From Nitrososphaerota archaeon (lineage in GTDB: Archaea; Thermoproteota; Nitrososphaeria; Nitrososphaerales; Gagatemarchaeaceae), in contig DAHVLJ010000005.1 of the NCBI GenBank assembly GCA_027320425.1, positions 22,832-86,831 of the forward strand: 64,000 nucleotides of DNA, in the 5' to 3' direction. Shown in pieces: positions 52,724 to 62,313 of this stretch. Made by a program: the position numbers and the translations under genes. The number at the start of each line of letters is the position of its first letter. The stretch's first letter is position 1. A model generated the notes under the pieces. That model was given only the letters and a program-made list of their open reading frames with translations, made no database searches and was not told the origin of the DNA.

Positions 52724-54568
52724 CTACTTGCTTTCATCGGCTACCTTGTAGTCTGCGTCGCTGACGTTCTGCGCACCCTGCTGAGGGGCGTCTCCCTGTT
52801 GTTTCTGGGCCTGCTGCTGGTATACCGACGCTCCGACCTCCTGTAGGACCTTCTTCAGCGCCTCGGTCTTCTCCCTGATCTGCGAGGCGTCGTTGCCTCC
52901 AATCGCCTTCCTCAGCTCAGCCGCCGCCGCATCCATCCTGTCAAGGGCGGTCTTGTCCGCCTTCCCTTCAAGGTCGCGTTTCGTCCTTTCGGCGGTGTAC
53001 AGCACGGAGTCGGCTTCGTTCCTCACCTCCGCCTCTTCCCTCTTCTTCTTGTCCTGCTCTGAGAAAGACTCGGCTTCCTTGATGAGCTTCTCTTTCTCCT
53101 CCTTGGAGAGCTTGGTGGAAGCGGTGATCGTTATCTTGTTCTCTTTGCCGGTCCCCATGTCCTTCGCTCCGACCGTGAGGATGCCGTTCGCATCGATGTC
53201 AAACGTCACTTCGATCTGAGGGACTCCTCTCTGCGCCGGGGGTATCCCAGCCAGGTTGAACATCCCAAGTGACACGTTGTCCGCAGCCATGCTCCTTTCG
53301 CCCTGGACGACGTGGATAGTGACGGCCGTCTGGAAGTCGGCGGCCGTTGTGAACGTCTTACTGCGCTTGGTCGGGATCGTCGCGTTCTTCTCGATGAGGT
53401 GCTCTGTTATGCCTCCGAGCGTCTCTACTCCCAGGGAGAGCGGGGTTACATCGAGGAGCAGTATGTCCTTGATCTCGCCGGCCAGGACCGCTCCCTGGAT
53501 GGCAGCGCCGATCGCGACAGCCTCCATCGGGTCGACTCCCCTCTCGGCAGGCTTGCCGGCGACGTCTTCCACGAACCTCCTTACCAAAGGCATCCTGGTC
53601 ATCCCTCCGATCAGTATCACCTTGTCCACCTGGTCGGGGGTCAGCTTGGCGTCGCTCATGACCTTCCGGATGGTCTGCTCGGTCTTCGCGACTACGGGCC
53701 GCGCGACTTCCTCTAGCTTGGTCCGGGTCAGGGTGTAGTGCAGGTTCTTTGGTCCGGAAGCGTCGCTTGCGATGAAAGGCAGGTCGATGTCAGTGGAGGT
53801 GAGGTTCGACAGCTGGATCTTTGCCTGCTCTGCCGCTTCTTTGAGCCTCGCCATCGCTGTCCTGTCGGTAGAGAGGTCGATGCCGTTCTTGGCGCGGAAG
53901 TCATCGAGCAGCACCTGGATGATCCCCTTGTCTATGTCTGTACCGCCTGTCTGGGTGTCACCCGACGTGGCGAGGACCTGGAACACCCCCTTCCCGAACT
54001 CCATGATGGTGGCGTCGTGGGTCCCCCCTCCGAAGCTGAACACCAGGATCTTCATCTCCTTCTCAGACTTGTCCAGACCGTAGGCCAGTGAGGCCGCAGT
54101 CGGTTCATTGATGATTCTGACGACCTCCAGTCCTGCGATCTCTCCTGCGTCCTTGGTAGACTGGCGCTGATTGTCGTTGAAGTGCGCCGGAACCGTGATC
54201 ACCGCCTTCTTGACCGGATACCCCAGGAACACCTCGGCGTCGTGCTTGATCTTCTGAAGGATGTATGAGCTCAGCTGCTCTGGCGAGTAGTCTTTTCCTG
54301 ACAGGTTTACCCTGTGGTCGCTCCCCATCTTCCTCTTGATCTCGAACACGGTTCCGTCCGGGTTCGTAACGACCTGCCTTCGCGCCGGCTCCCCCACAAG
54401 CAGCTGCCCGTCCTTGGTGAATGCGACCACCGACGGGAACATCTTTCCGGCTGGCGTCGCACCTTCTGCGCTCGGGACCACTACAGGCCTCCCCGCCTCC
54501 ACGACGGAAGCAGCGGAGTTCGTCGTCCCCAGGTCTATCCCGATTATCTTCTCCCTAGCGCTACTCAT
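52724..54568 (-). CDS. dnaK: molecular chaperone DnaK (Hsp70)
   Basis: [14 protein letters not shown] and [10 protein letters not shown]. 614 aa, with a GGAGG SD site 9 nt upstream. Confidence 0.95.
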   Translation of the reverse strand: MSSAREKIIGIDLGTTNSAASVVEAGRPVVVPSAEGATPAGKMFPSVVAFTKDGQLLVGEPARRQVVTNPDGTVFEIKRKMGSDHRVNLSGKDYSPEQLSSYILQKIKHDAEVFLGYPVKKAVITVPAHFNDNQRQSTKDAGEIAGLEVVRIINEPTAASLAYGLDKSEKEMKILVFSFGGGTHDATIMEFGKGVFQVLATSGDTQTGGTDIDKGIIQVLLDDFRAKNGIDLSTDRTAMARLKEAAEQAKIQLSNLTSTDIDLPFIASDASGPKNLHYTLTRTKLEEVARPVVAKTEQTIRKVMSDAKLTPDQVDKVILIGGMTRMPLVRRFVEDVAGKPAERGVDPMEAVAIGAAIQGAVLAGEIKDILLLDVTPLSLGVETLGGITEHLIEKNATIPTKRSKTFTTAADFQTAVTIHVVQGERSMAADNVSLGMFNLAGIPPAQRGVPQIEVTFDIDANGILTVGAKDMGTGKENKITITASTKLSKEEKEKLIKEAESFSEQDKKKREEAEVRNEADSVLYTAERTKRDLEGKADKTALDRMDAAAAELRKAIGGNDASQIREKTEALKKVLQEVGASVYQQQAQKQQGDAPQQGAQNVSDADYKVADESK

Positions 54569-55106
54569 TCACTTTCTCCTCCCCTTTGGCCGCCAATTCA
54601 ACTTTTACCATGCTGGGCCTCAGAACCTGACCGCGAAACTTGAAGCCTGGCCGCATCTCATCGACCACCACGTCCTGGCCGTGGGTTCCTCCCTGGGCTT
54701 TTGCTACTGCTTCGTGGATCGAGGGGTCGAAAGGCCTCCCTACGGCTTCTATCTTCTCCACCCCTGCATCCTGCAGCGCGGAGAGGAGGTTCCTCTGCAC
54801 CATCGATATCCCTTCCATCAGCTCCTTCCCGCCGGTCCCTTCTTGAGCGTGCTTCACTGCGAGGTCCAGCTCGTCCTGGACAACGAGGAGCCTCGTCACA
54901 AGTACCCTGGCAAGGGACTCTCCTGCGTCCTTCAGCTCCCTGTCCATCCTCTTGCGATAGTTCTCCAAGTCTGCCTGTGCGTATTTCAGGCGTGTCAGGA
55001 GTTCTTCATTCCGCCTCTTAAGTTCGGACAGCTCCCGCTGGATTTTACCACTCCCGTCTTCAGCCTCCTCGTCCTCCCTTGACTCGCCCGCCTCAGTTTC
55101 CGGCAT
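54561..55106 (-). CDS. grpE: nucleotide exchange factor GrpE
   Basis: The coiled coil [14 protein letters not shown] and the C-terminal beta domain FDPSIHEAV are typical of GrpE. ATG 55106; the ORF opens at 55208. Confidence 0.88.
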   Translation of the reverse strand: MPETEAGESREDEEAEDGSGKIQRELSELKRRNEELLTRLKYAQADLENYRKRMDRELKDAGESLARVLVTRLLVVQDELDLAVKHAQEGTGGKELMEGISMVQRNLLSALQDAGVEKIEAVGRPFDPSIHEAVAKAQGGTHGQDVVVDEMRPGFKFRGQVLRPSMVKVELAAKGEEKVNE

Positions 55107-55150
55107 TCTTCCTTCATCGCCCACTAGGAAATTTTTGCGGGCTATCTCAT

Positions 55151-55960
55151 ATGTATAAATTTTCCATGGTTCTAGGTGGGGGTGTGCCAGGGTCGGACGA
55201 GGAGTCAAGCAAGGTCAGGGAGCGGATCCTCCGCTCTGAGCGTGAAAACAGGTATCTGAGAAGGGACTCGGACGACAGGAAGGTAATCGAGGAAGTCTTC
55301 GACAGGTCGACGATGCTGGCGGTGGAAGAACTCATCGCCAGGAAGGACCTAGGGGAACTTCACGGGGTCGTCAGCGCGGGGAAGGAGGCCAGGGTCTACC
55401 TCGGAGAAGACAGGGACAAGGGGCCAGTCGCGGTCAAAATCTACCTGACTTCCGCATCGGACTTCAGGAAGAGGATGGGTTACATAGCAGGAGACAGGCG
55501 GTTCGGAAAGCTGCCTTCGGGGTCCAGGCAGACAATCTACCTCTGGACAAGGAAGGAGTTCAAGAACTTGCAACTGGCAGACTCCATCGGTGTGGCGGTG
55601 CCGAAGCCCATCGCCTTCCACAAGAACGTGCTCGTCATGGAGTATGTGGGGGTCCCTCCCACTCCCGCGCCTACCTTCGCCGAGTCAGAGGTAGACGAAG
55701 GGGACCGAGACTGGGCGTTCGAGACCATTCGGGACCTCTGGAAGAAGGCGAAGCTAGTCCATGCGGACTTCTCCGAGTTCAACGCGTTCAAGTACGGGGG
55801 AAGAGACGTGCTCTTCGACATGGGCTCAGCGGTTCTTTCGTCTCACCCTCAAGCGGAGGAATATCTCAGGAGAGACGTCACCAATATGGTCAGGTTCTTT
55901 AGGAAGCGCGGGATCGCTGTCGAAGAGCCCGGCGAGGTCGTGGAGCGCATCACAAATTGA
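55151..55960 (+). CDS. rio1: RIO1-type atypical serine protein kinase
   Basis: VVSAGKEARVYLG and LVHADFSEFN. No N-terminal wHTH, so Rio1 rather than Rio2. ATG 55151 or 55166. Confidence 0.85.
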   Translation: MYKFSMVLGGGVPGSDEESSKVRERILRSERENRYLRRDSDDRKVIEEVFDRSTMLAVEELIARKDLGELHGVVSAGKEARVYLGEDRDKGPVAVKIYLTSASDFRKRMGYIAGDRRFGKLPSGSRQTIYLWTRKEFKNLQLADSIGVAVPKPIAFHKNVLVMEYVGVPPTPAPTFAESEVDEGDRDWAFETIRDLWKKAKLVHADFSEFNAFKYGGRDVLFDMGSAVLSSHPQAEEYLRRDVTNMVRFFRKRGIAVEEPGEVVERITN

Positions 55961-56556
55961 GTTTTGAGCAGGTAGTGCGCATCCCGGTAGAAAGAGTGGG
56001 GGCTGTCATCGGACGAGAAGGAGCGACCAAGAGATACCTCGAAGAGGAGATGGGGGTCAAGCTCGTCGTCGACAGCAAGGAGGGGGTCGTCACCGTGAGG
56101 GCAGAGAAGGCGCTAAAGACTGACCCGTTCTCCGCCACCAGGGTAATCGAAGCCATCGGGAGGGGGTTCTCCCCCCAGAGGGCGTCCCGCCTGCTGGATG
56201 ACGGGACCGCCCTGGAAGTGATCGACCTCAGGACTTACTCTGGGCGAAGCTCCAACTCCCTTGAGAGGATAAGAGGACGGGTGATCGGGCTGAAGGGCAA
56301 GTCCAGGCGGGTCATCGAAGAGCTGACATCTTGTCAGCTTTCAGTCTACGGGAGGACTGTCGCCATAATCGGCGAGGCAGGAGAGGTCCAGTTAGCTTCG
56401 GACGCTGTGAGGTCCCTGGCAACGGGGAGCCAGCACAAGAACGTGTACAACACCCTGCAGAAGGCAAGGACAAAGCGCAAGATGGAGAGGATGTTCCTAT
56501 GGGAAGGGACGTCTCCGGAGACGGTCGAAGAAAAACTGAAGAAACTCGAACATTAG
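55957..56556 (+). CDS. KH-domain RNA-binding protein (Dim2/Pno1-like)
   Basis: Two KH modules (VGAVIGREGATKRYLEEEMGVKL; RGRVIGLKGKSRRVIEELT). 4-nt overlap with rio1, a conserved archaeal pair. Confidence 0.8.
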   Translation: MSFEQVVRIPVERVGAVIGREGATKRYLEEEMGVKLVVDSKEGVVTVRAEKALKTDPFSATRVIEAIGRGFSPQRASRLLDDGTALEVIDLRTYSGRSSNSLERIRGRVIGLKGKSRRVIEELTSCQLSVYGRTVAIIGEAGEVQLASDAVRSLATGSQHKNVYNTLQKARTKRKMERMFLWEGTSPETVEEKLKKLEH

Positions 56557-56662
56557 CATATATCCGGTTTACGCCAGTACTCGCGGGCGGGGTCTGGCTA
56601 GGGAGAAATGGAGATTTGTTGACCGGCGTTAGATTCATAGGGACTGGTCCCCTGGCAGGCGA

Positions 56663-58294
56663 GTGAAGTTGAGCAGTAGGACGACGTTCGCTGAGATATC
56701 GCCGTCAGAGTTCTTCTACAGAAACCGAGACCTGGCGGGGTTCACGAATCCTGCGCGCGCCCTGTACATGGCAGTAAGGGAGCTCGTTGAGAACTCCTTC
56801 GACGCCGCTGAGCTGGCCGGGATAAACCCCGACGTCTACGTCAGGATCATGGCTGAGAACCCCAACCCTGAGATTCCCGAGCCCAAGCCCTATCGCCTTA
56901 CCGTCATTGACAACGGCCCCGGGGTTGCTCCGCAGCATGTTCCAAGCGCTTTCGGGAAAGTGTTCTACGGCTCAAAGTACGTGCTCAGGCAGTCTAGGGG
57001 GATGTTCGGCTTGGGAGGGACGATGGCGATCCTCTACGGTCAGATCACCACCAACAAGCCGGTGACGATCATCTCCTCCCCTGACGGCAAGCGGAAGTAT
57101 GGCTTCCAGATGATGATCGACATCAGCGAGAACAGGCCGATGGTCCTGAAGAGGTTCAACAGCGACGCCGACGGCACCACTGGGACGAGGGTCGACATGA
57201 TCCTCGAGGGCGACTATCTTCGCTCCTCTGCGAAGATCGCCGAGTACTTCAAGCAGACAGCGATGGTGGCGAGCTACTCGAACATCACCTTCGTCGACCC
57301 ACAGGGACAGGTCACCTTCTACGAGAGGGCTACCACAGCCATGCCGTCACCGCCGAAGGAGACGCTCCCTCACCCCTACGGCGTAGACGTCGAGGCTTTC
57401 AAGAGAATAATCAAGCTCTCGGAAGAGCACGACATGAAGACGTTCATGGTGACCCATTTCCACCGGGTCGGGGACAGGATTGCGACGAAGTTCCTCGAGT
57501 TCGCAGGCGTGAGCCCCAAGCTCCCCCCGAAGAGACTGAACACGGCCCAGATTGTAACGCTAGTCGACGCCCTGCAGCGCTTCCCCGACTTCCTTCAGCC
57601 TGACGCCGCCGTCCTCTCGCCGATAGGCGAGGACATCCTGCTCACGGGGATCAACAAGGAGCTCCAGCCGGAGTTCTCCACCATCGTGACCCGGCCTCCT
57701 TCCTCATACTCTGGCTTTCCGTTCCTCATCGAGGTAGGGGTCGCATACGGCGGGAAGGTCCTGCAACCCGGGGTCAAACTGTTCAGGTTCGCCAACAGGA
57801 TCCCACTGCTCTACGACGAAAGCTCCGACGTCAGCTTCGAGGTGCTCAACGAAGAGGTGGACTGGCGAAGGTATCACGTCCCACAGGACGCCCCCGTCGG
57901 GGTCATCACCCACATCGCGAGCACCAGGATCCCGTACAAGACTGTCGGCAAGGAATACATCGCCGACAGGCCGGAGATTCAGAGAGAGATCAGAAACGCG
58001 GTAAGGGAGGCCCTCAGGAGGCTCGGGATATTCCTCTCGAAGAAGGGGAGCATGGAGGCGGTCCAGAGAAAGATGAACATCTATGGGAAGTACCTCCCGC
58101 TCATCGCCCAGTTCTCGACCGAGCTGGCAGGCAAGAAGGACCTGCCCGAATACCGCAAGCTCATCGGGGAGGGAGGGGTCATAGTTGAAGAAAACGACGC
58201 CGCAGCTGCCGAGTCAGGGGCGGCGGGAGAAACAGAAAATGCCAACAAAGAAGAAGGCGGCCAAGAGACAATCGACAGGTACGGCGGAGTCTAG
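56663..58294 (+). CDS. top6B: DNA topoisomerase VI subunit B
   Basis: Bergerat ATP-binding fold with VRELVENSFDAAE and IDNGPGV. 543 aa. Confidence 0.93.
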   Translation: MKLSSRTTFAEISPSEFFYRNRDLAGFTNPARALYMAVRELVENSFDAAELAGINPDVYVRIMAENPNPEIPEPKPYRLTVIDNGPGVAPQHVPSAFGKVFYGSKYVLRQSRGMFGLGGTMAILYGQITTNKPVTIISSPDGKRKYGFQMMIDISENRPMVLKRFNSDADGTTGTRVDMILEGDYLRSSAKIAEYFKQTAMVASYSNITFVDPQGQVTFYERATTAMPSPPKETLPHPYGVDVEAFKRIIKLSEEHDMKTFMVTHFHRVGDRIATKFLEFAGVSPKLPPKRLNTAQIVTLVDALQRFPDFLQPDAAVLSPIGEDILLTGINKELQPEFSTIVTRPPSSYSGFPFLIEVGVAYGGKVLQPGVKLFRFANRIPLLYDESSDVSFEVLNEEVDWRRYHVPQDAPVGVITHIASTRIPYKTVGKEYIADRPEIQREIRNAVREALRRLGIFLSKKGSMEAVQRKMNIYGKYLPLIAQFSTELAGKKDLPEYRKLIGEGGVIVEENDAAAAESGAAGETENANKEEGGQETIDRYGGV

Positions 58295-59354
58295 GCAGAC
58301 CGTCGCCCAGGGCCTCCTTAGAGACCTTGGGGGGAGCGTCTACAGCGACCTGGACGAAGGCCGTTTCCCGAGCCTCACGCTCGCGAGCAGGTCGGTCCGC
58401 AACATCGTCTATGACAAGAAGCTGCAGCAGTTCGTCCTAGGCGCCACTACCGTGAAGAAGTCGTCTGGAAACATCAAGCACATCCGCCCCTTCACCCAGC
58501 TCGTATGGCTCGCGTACTTCGCGAAGAAGCTGGTTGACGAAAAGCGCACTTCGACCCTCAGAGACGTGTTCTATTCTGCCCAGGCCTTCAACGTCGAGTT
58601 CCAGGATCAGGCGGAGTCAGACGAGCTGATCACCGACCTCGAAGTGCTGATGCAGATGGCCCGCGAGGGGATGAACATCTACCCTGAGGAGCGCAGCGCC
58701 ATCTTCGGCGACATGAAGATCGAGTACACCGTCCCTGGATACGAGGGGAAGCTGGCGGACCTTTCCGCCAATCCGGACGGGGTGATGATAGGCCCGGCGC
58801 TCACCACTGCGGAGTTCAGAGACACGGACGCGGAGCTCGTCCTGGCCATCGAGAAGGGCGGCCTTTTTACAAGGTTCATCGAGGAGAGGGTCCACCAGAA
58901 GTACAAGGCCATCCTGATCAATACCGCGGGCCAGCCGCCGAGGTCGACCCGCTACCTTATCCGAAGGCTGAACCAAGAACTCGGCCTCCCCGTCGGGATA
59001 CTCTGCGACGCTGACCCCTGGGGGGCGCACATCGCCATGGTCATCAAGAGCGGGAGCGCGAACGCAGCCCATCTGAGGGAGCTCACGACCCCCAACTCCG
59101 TCTGGCTCGGGGTCTACGCGAGCGACATCCAGAAGTACAAGCTCCCGTCCGACAAGCTCACCGAGGTGGACGTGAAGAGGCTCTATGAACTGAAGGCCGA
59201 CCCACGTTACACCGAGAAGATGTGGCACGACGAGCTGGAGACGTTCCTGAAGTACAGGCGGAAGAGCGAGCAGGAGGCATTCGCCAGATATGGGCTAAGC
59301 TACATCGTGGACACTTATCTTCCAGAGAAGCTGGAAATGATGAAGAGTTCCTAG
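58239..59354 (+). CDS. top6A: DNA topoisomerase VI subunit A (Spo11 family)
   Basis: Toprim motifs LVLAIEKGGLF and ILCDADPWG. ATG 58239 overlaps top6B by 56 nt. The ORF opens at 58185. Confidence 0.92.
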   Translation: MPTKKKAAKRQSTGTAESRQTVAQGLLRDLGGSVYSDLDEGRFPSLTLASRSVRNIVYDKKLQQFVLGATTVKKSSGNIKHIRPFTQLVWLAYFAKKLVDEKRTSTLRDVFYSAQAFNVEFQDQAESDELITDLEVLMQMAREGMNIYPEERSAIFGDMKIEYTVPGYEGKLADLSANPDGVMIGPALTTAEFRDTDAELVLAIEKGGLFTRFIEERVHQKYKAILINTAGQPPRSTRYLIRRLNQELGLPVGILCDADPWGAHIAMVIKSGSANAAHLRELTTPNSVWLGVYASDIQKYKLPSDKLTEVDVKRLYELKADPRYTEKMWHDELETFLKYRRKSEQEAFARYGLSYIVDTYLPEKLEMMKSS

Positions 59355-59406
59355 GCCGATGCCGGCTAACTGCTAAATACCCTGACCCTTCTGCCCGAAA
59401 ATAGAC

Positions 59407-59616
59407 TTGACTTTCACAGCCGAGCAGTCGAGGGTCGATGCTCTCGTCCGCCTTCTGGGCCTCATCATCCTCGCCTTCGGTCTCCTGATGCTGTACTACA
59501 CTTACGCGAACGCGAACGCGGCAGGGATCGCCCCTGAGATCGTCACGATAAACTACTCACTGGGCGCATTGCTGACTGTGGTCGGCCTTTTCTCGACATT
59601 CTCGAAGTTCAAGTGA
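59407..59616 (+). CDS. hypothetical small membrane protein
   Basis: 69 aa with two TM helices (LLGLIILAFGLLMLYY; LGALLTVVGLFSTF). TTG start. Confidence 0.4.
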   Translation: MTFTAEQSRVDALVRLLGLIILAFGLLMLYYTYANANAAGIAPEIVTINYSLGALLTVVGLFSTFSKFK

Positions 59617-59622
59617 CCAGGG

Positions 59623-60663
59623 TTGCCAATCAAAGTAGCGCTTGCCGGCGTAGGCAACTGCGCGTCTGTGTTCGTCCAGGGGCTCAAGTTCTATTCGGGC
59701 GACGACTACAAGGGCCTGTGGCACTCGAACATCGGGGGTTTCAGGCCGAGGGATGTCCAGGTTGTCGCCGCGTTCGACGTAGCCCCGAGCAAGGTCGGCC
59801 TCGAACTGTCGAAGGCGGTGTTCGCGCCTCCAAACGTCGCCAGGCGGTACGTGCCTCTTTCGAAGTCCAGGGTGACGGTCGAGCCTGGCATCTCGAAGTC
59901 CGACCCCGCGCCACATTTGAGGGACTCCAAGCTGGTCCGGAGCGGCTCTGAGGAAGTCTCGAAGAAGCTGGAAGAAGCCGAGGCAGACATCCTTGTGAAC
60001 ATGATTTCTTCGGGCTCCGCCGCGTCTTCTGAGGAGTACGCGAGGGCCGCGCTGAAGGCCGGCTGCGGATACATCAACTGCACCCCGAGCCTGGTCCTCC
60101 GGAACAACAAAATTGTGGCCGATTTTCAGAGAGCGAAGCTCCCCCTCATCGGCGACGACCTGATGAGCCAGTTCGGAGGGACTGTCTTCCACAAAGGCCT
60201 TCTCGGCCTGCTCGTCAAGAGGGGTGTGAAGATATCGAAGAGCTATCAATTGGACGTAGGGGGAGGTTCGGAGACCCAGAACACCATCAGCGAGGACATC
60301 AAGATGGCCAAGAGAGACGTGAAGACCGGGTCCGTCGTAACGGAGGTCCCTTACAAGTTCGAGACCATCGCCGGCACCACCGACTTCGTCGACTACATGG
60401 GGAACGACAGGACGAGCTATTTCTGGTTCGAAGGGAGCTCTTTCCTCGACAGCGGGATATCCGTGGACGTGTATCTCAGGTCGTCAGACGGAGCCAACGC
60501 CGGCAACGTGCTCCTGGACGTGGTCAGAGCAACCTACCGCGCGATGAAGATTGGTAAGCTGGGGACTATGGGCGAGATCTGCGCCTATGGGTTCAAGTCG
60601 CCGCTGAAGCCGGTGCCTTTCGAAGAGGCATACACCAAATTCGCCGCGCTCTATGTGCGCTGA
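59623..60663 (+). CDS. ino1: inositol-3-phosphate synthase
   Basis: N-terminal IKVALAGVGNCASVFVQG is typical of the short prokaryotic MIPS family. 346 aa. Confidence 0.85.
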   Translation: MPIKVALAGVGNCASVFVQGLKFYSGDDYKGLWHSNIGGFRPRDVQVVAAFDVAPSKVGLELSKAVFAPPNVARRYVPLSKSRVTVEPGISKSDPAPHLRDSKLVRSGSEEVSKKLEEAEADILVNMISSGSAASSEEYARAALKAGCGYINCTPSLVLRNNKIVADFQRAKLPLIGDDLMSQFGGTVFHKGLLGLLVKRGVKISKSYQLDVGGGSETQNTISEDIKMAKRDVKTGSVVTEVPYKFETIAGTTDFVDYMGNDRTSYFWFEGSSFLDSGISVDVYLRSSDGANAGNVLLDVVRATYRAMKIGKLGTMGEICAYGFKSPLKPVPFEEAYTKFAALYVR

Positions 60664-60788
60664 GCGACCGCATCGCGAATTCTAGCTCAGCCGATCCACC
60701 GATTTGGCCTCCGGCGAGAATCGCTGTCTATCCCCTCATCACTCGGCCCGAATCATCCCTCGCAACAGCATCAGATGGTAAAAGCAGG

Positions 60789-60877
60789 CGGCGACGGTCG
60801 GACTCGAACCGACGACCAATTGGTATCTGCCTGGCAGGCTAACAGCCAATTGCTCTACCACGCTGAGCTACGTCGCC
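60789..60877 (-). tRNA. tRNA-Asn (anticodon GTT) with 15-nt canonical intron
   Basis: Acceptor GGCGACG/CGTCGCC, anticodon stem ATTGG/CCAAT, loop CTGTTA|A, T arm GTCGG-TTCGAGT-CCGAC. Intron at 60825-60839 (GCCTGCCAGGCAGAT), with central helix CTGT/GCAG. Confidence 0.88.
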
Positions 60878-60945
60878 GCGATTCGACAGCATCGGGGTGC
60901 GTTCAAAAACCTTGTTTATACGAGACCAGGGGCGGGTGACCGAGC

Positions 60946-61398
60946 GTGCAGGCAGCTTCTCCCGCACGGGACAAAGGCGAGGTCGAGACAGTCATTCACG
61001 CGTTCTTCGAGGCCGGGAAGAACAAGGACCTGACGACGCTTTCCGACTTCCACGCCTCTAGGGACGCTTTCACCAAGTTTGATGAGAACCCCCCATACAC
61101 GAGGCAGACGTCAGACGAGGCATTCGTCTACGAACAGGCTGCATTCGCCAACATTTCTGACTACAGATATGCCGTCGACGACCTGAGGATCGACCTTTTC
61201 GGCGGTACCGCGGTCGCCACATTCTACCTGACATATGGCGGCATATTCGTAAACGACTATTCATTCGAGGGTTCGCCTGTGAACGGAAGAGCCAGAGTGA
61301 CAATGGTCCTGGTCAAGACCTCCAGAGGGTGGAGAATCGCCCACGAGCACTTCAGCAGGTATCCTGACTGGGTCCCTCCAAGGGCAGCGAAACAGTAG
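60946..61398 (+). CDS. NTF2-like (SnoaL/DUF4440-type) protein
   Basis: 150 aa with VIHAFFEAGKNKD...GWRIAHEHFS, typical of the fold. GTG start, with a TTTATA box at 60915-60920 (26 nt upstream). Confidence 0.55.
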   Translation: MQAASPARDKGEVETVIHAFFEAGKNKDLTTLSDFHASRDAFTKFDENPPYTRQTSDEAFVYEQAAFANISDYRYAVDDLRIDLFGGTAVATFYLTYGGIFVNDYSFEGSPVNGRARVTMVLVKTSRGWRIAHEHFSRYPDWVPPRAAKQ

Positions 61399-61439
61399 TC
61401 ACACCACGATTATCTATCCGACCGGCCGGACCGGGATGG

Positions 61440-61739
61440 TTGTCCCTGGGCCTCTATGACGTGTGGTACTTCATCATCGGGTTCCTACTCGCCAATGGGG
61501 TCCCGCACTTCATCTTCGGGCGCGCCGGGAAGCTCTTTCGCTCCCCTTTCGGTCAGAAGTCCCCTCCGAAGGTGAACGTGCTCTGGGGGCTCGCGAACTT
61601 CGCGCTGGCGACAGCCATCGGCCTGGCTCTTGCCTACCTTGGCCTCTACGATCAATATTCGATGGCCGTGCTGTTGGCGGGGTTCTGGCTCATGGCGTTG
61701 AACTTCGGGTTTTCTATCAGAAGGTTCCTTAACGAATAG
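61440..61739 (+). CDS. hypothetical small membrane protein
   Basis: 99 aa with 3 TM helices. TTG start. Confidence 0.45.
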   Translation: MSLGLYDVWYFIIGFLLANGVPHFIFGRAGKLFRSPFGQKSPPKVNVLWGLANFALATAIGLALAYLGLYDQYSMAVLLAGFWLMALNFGFSIRRFLNE

Positions 61740-61748
61740 GATCTGATG

Positions 61749-61852
61749 TGGGCCCGGCCAGATTTGAACTGGCGACCGACCGGTCTCTCAGGTCAAGCCG
61801 TATGAGCCGGTCGCTTTGGTCGGTTACGCTGACCGAACTGAGCTACGGGCCC
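61749..61852 (-). tRNA. tRNA-Met/Ile2-type (anticodon CAT) with two introns
   Basis: Acceptor GGGCCCG/CGGGCCC (elongator type), T arm GCCAG-TTCAAAT-CTGGC. The canonical 16-nt intron at 61785-61800 has a CTCA/TGAG BHB helix. Removing a 13-nt insert at 61816-61828 (CGTAACCGACCAA) restores a perfect D stem GCTC/GAGC. Confidence 0.82.
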
Positions 61853-61877
61853 ACTTTCGCCGCTCCCCACCTGCTGC

Positions 61878-61884
61878 CTTTAAG
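61878..61884 (-). promoter_or_regulatory. TATA-like box for tRNA-Met
   Basis: CTTAAAG on the minus strand, 26-32 nt upstream of the tRNA 5' end. Confidence 0.4.
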
Positions 61885-61934
61885 CGGCTCGGCTAAGCGT
61901 AAATAGCCCTGAAATCAGTCAAAATCTAGTAACA

Positions 61935-62231
61935 GTGAGCAAGGACCAAGACGAAGGGTTCGACGACATTTTAGCCGAACTGGACCGTGAGGAGGCCCGC
62001 GTCAAGATAAGGATGGAGATGAGGCGCTTCGGTAAGCCGACGACGGTCATCGAGGGCATCAAGATGAGCGACAAAGACCTCCATGAGCTGAACTCCAAGA
62101 TGAAGCGGGCTCTGGCCACGGGAGGGACGGTGAAGGACGGGATAATGATACTGCAGGGGGACCACAGAGAGACCGCCGCCAAGATGCTCAAGGAGAACGG
62201 CTTCTCCGAGAGCGCCATCGAGATAATCTAG
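61935..62231 (+). CDS. translation initiation factor SUI1 (aIF1)
   Basis: 98 aa with RRFGKPTTVIEGI...KRALATGGTVKDGIMILQGDHR. GTG start. Confidence 0.88.
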   Translation: MSKDQDEGFDDILAELDREEARVKIRMEMRRFGKPTTVIEGIKMSDKDLHELNSKMKRALATGGTVKDGIMILQGDHRETAAKMLKENGFSESAIEII

Positions 62232-62313
62232 CAGTCGGCTCGTTTGTCTCATGGGTGAGGCCTGTTCAACCTTTTAAAGGGTAATCAGGGGCGCACCGCT
62301 TAGCGGAGTCATA

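Noticed and set aside
56557-56662. 106-nt gap before top6B containing a GCCAG...CTGGC hairpin; considered as a small RNA
   Set aside because: I could recognise no conserved RNA family features. It may simply be a 5' UTR or promoter region.
58185-58238. Upstream start (58185) for top6A
   Set aside because: It would extend the overlap with top6B to 110 nt with a Lys/Arg/Gln-rich peptide. ATG 58239 is more plausible, but the exact start remains uncertain.
60664-60788. Possible C/D-box sRNA downstream of tRNA-Asn (minus strand GTGATGA ... 45 nt ... CTGA)
   Set aside because: I found no convincing internal D'/C' boxes and no terminal stem. The spacing is longer than the usual archaeal C/D sRNA. 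Left as unproven.
60878-61748. Possible integrated element between tRNA-Asn and tRNA-Met (two small cargo-like genes)
   Set aside because: No integrase, no obvious direct repeat of either tRNA 3' end, and no visible compositional break. It is probably just small native genes.
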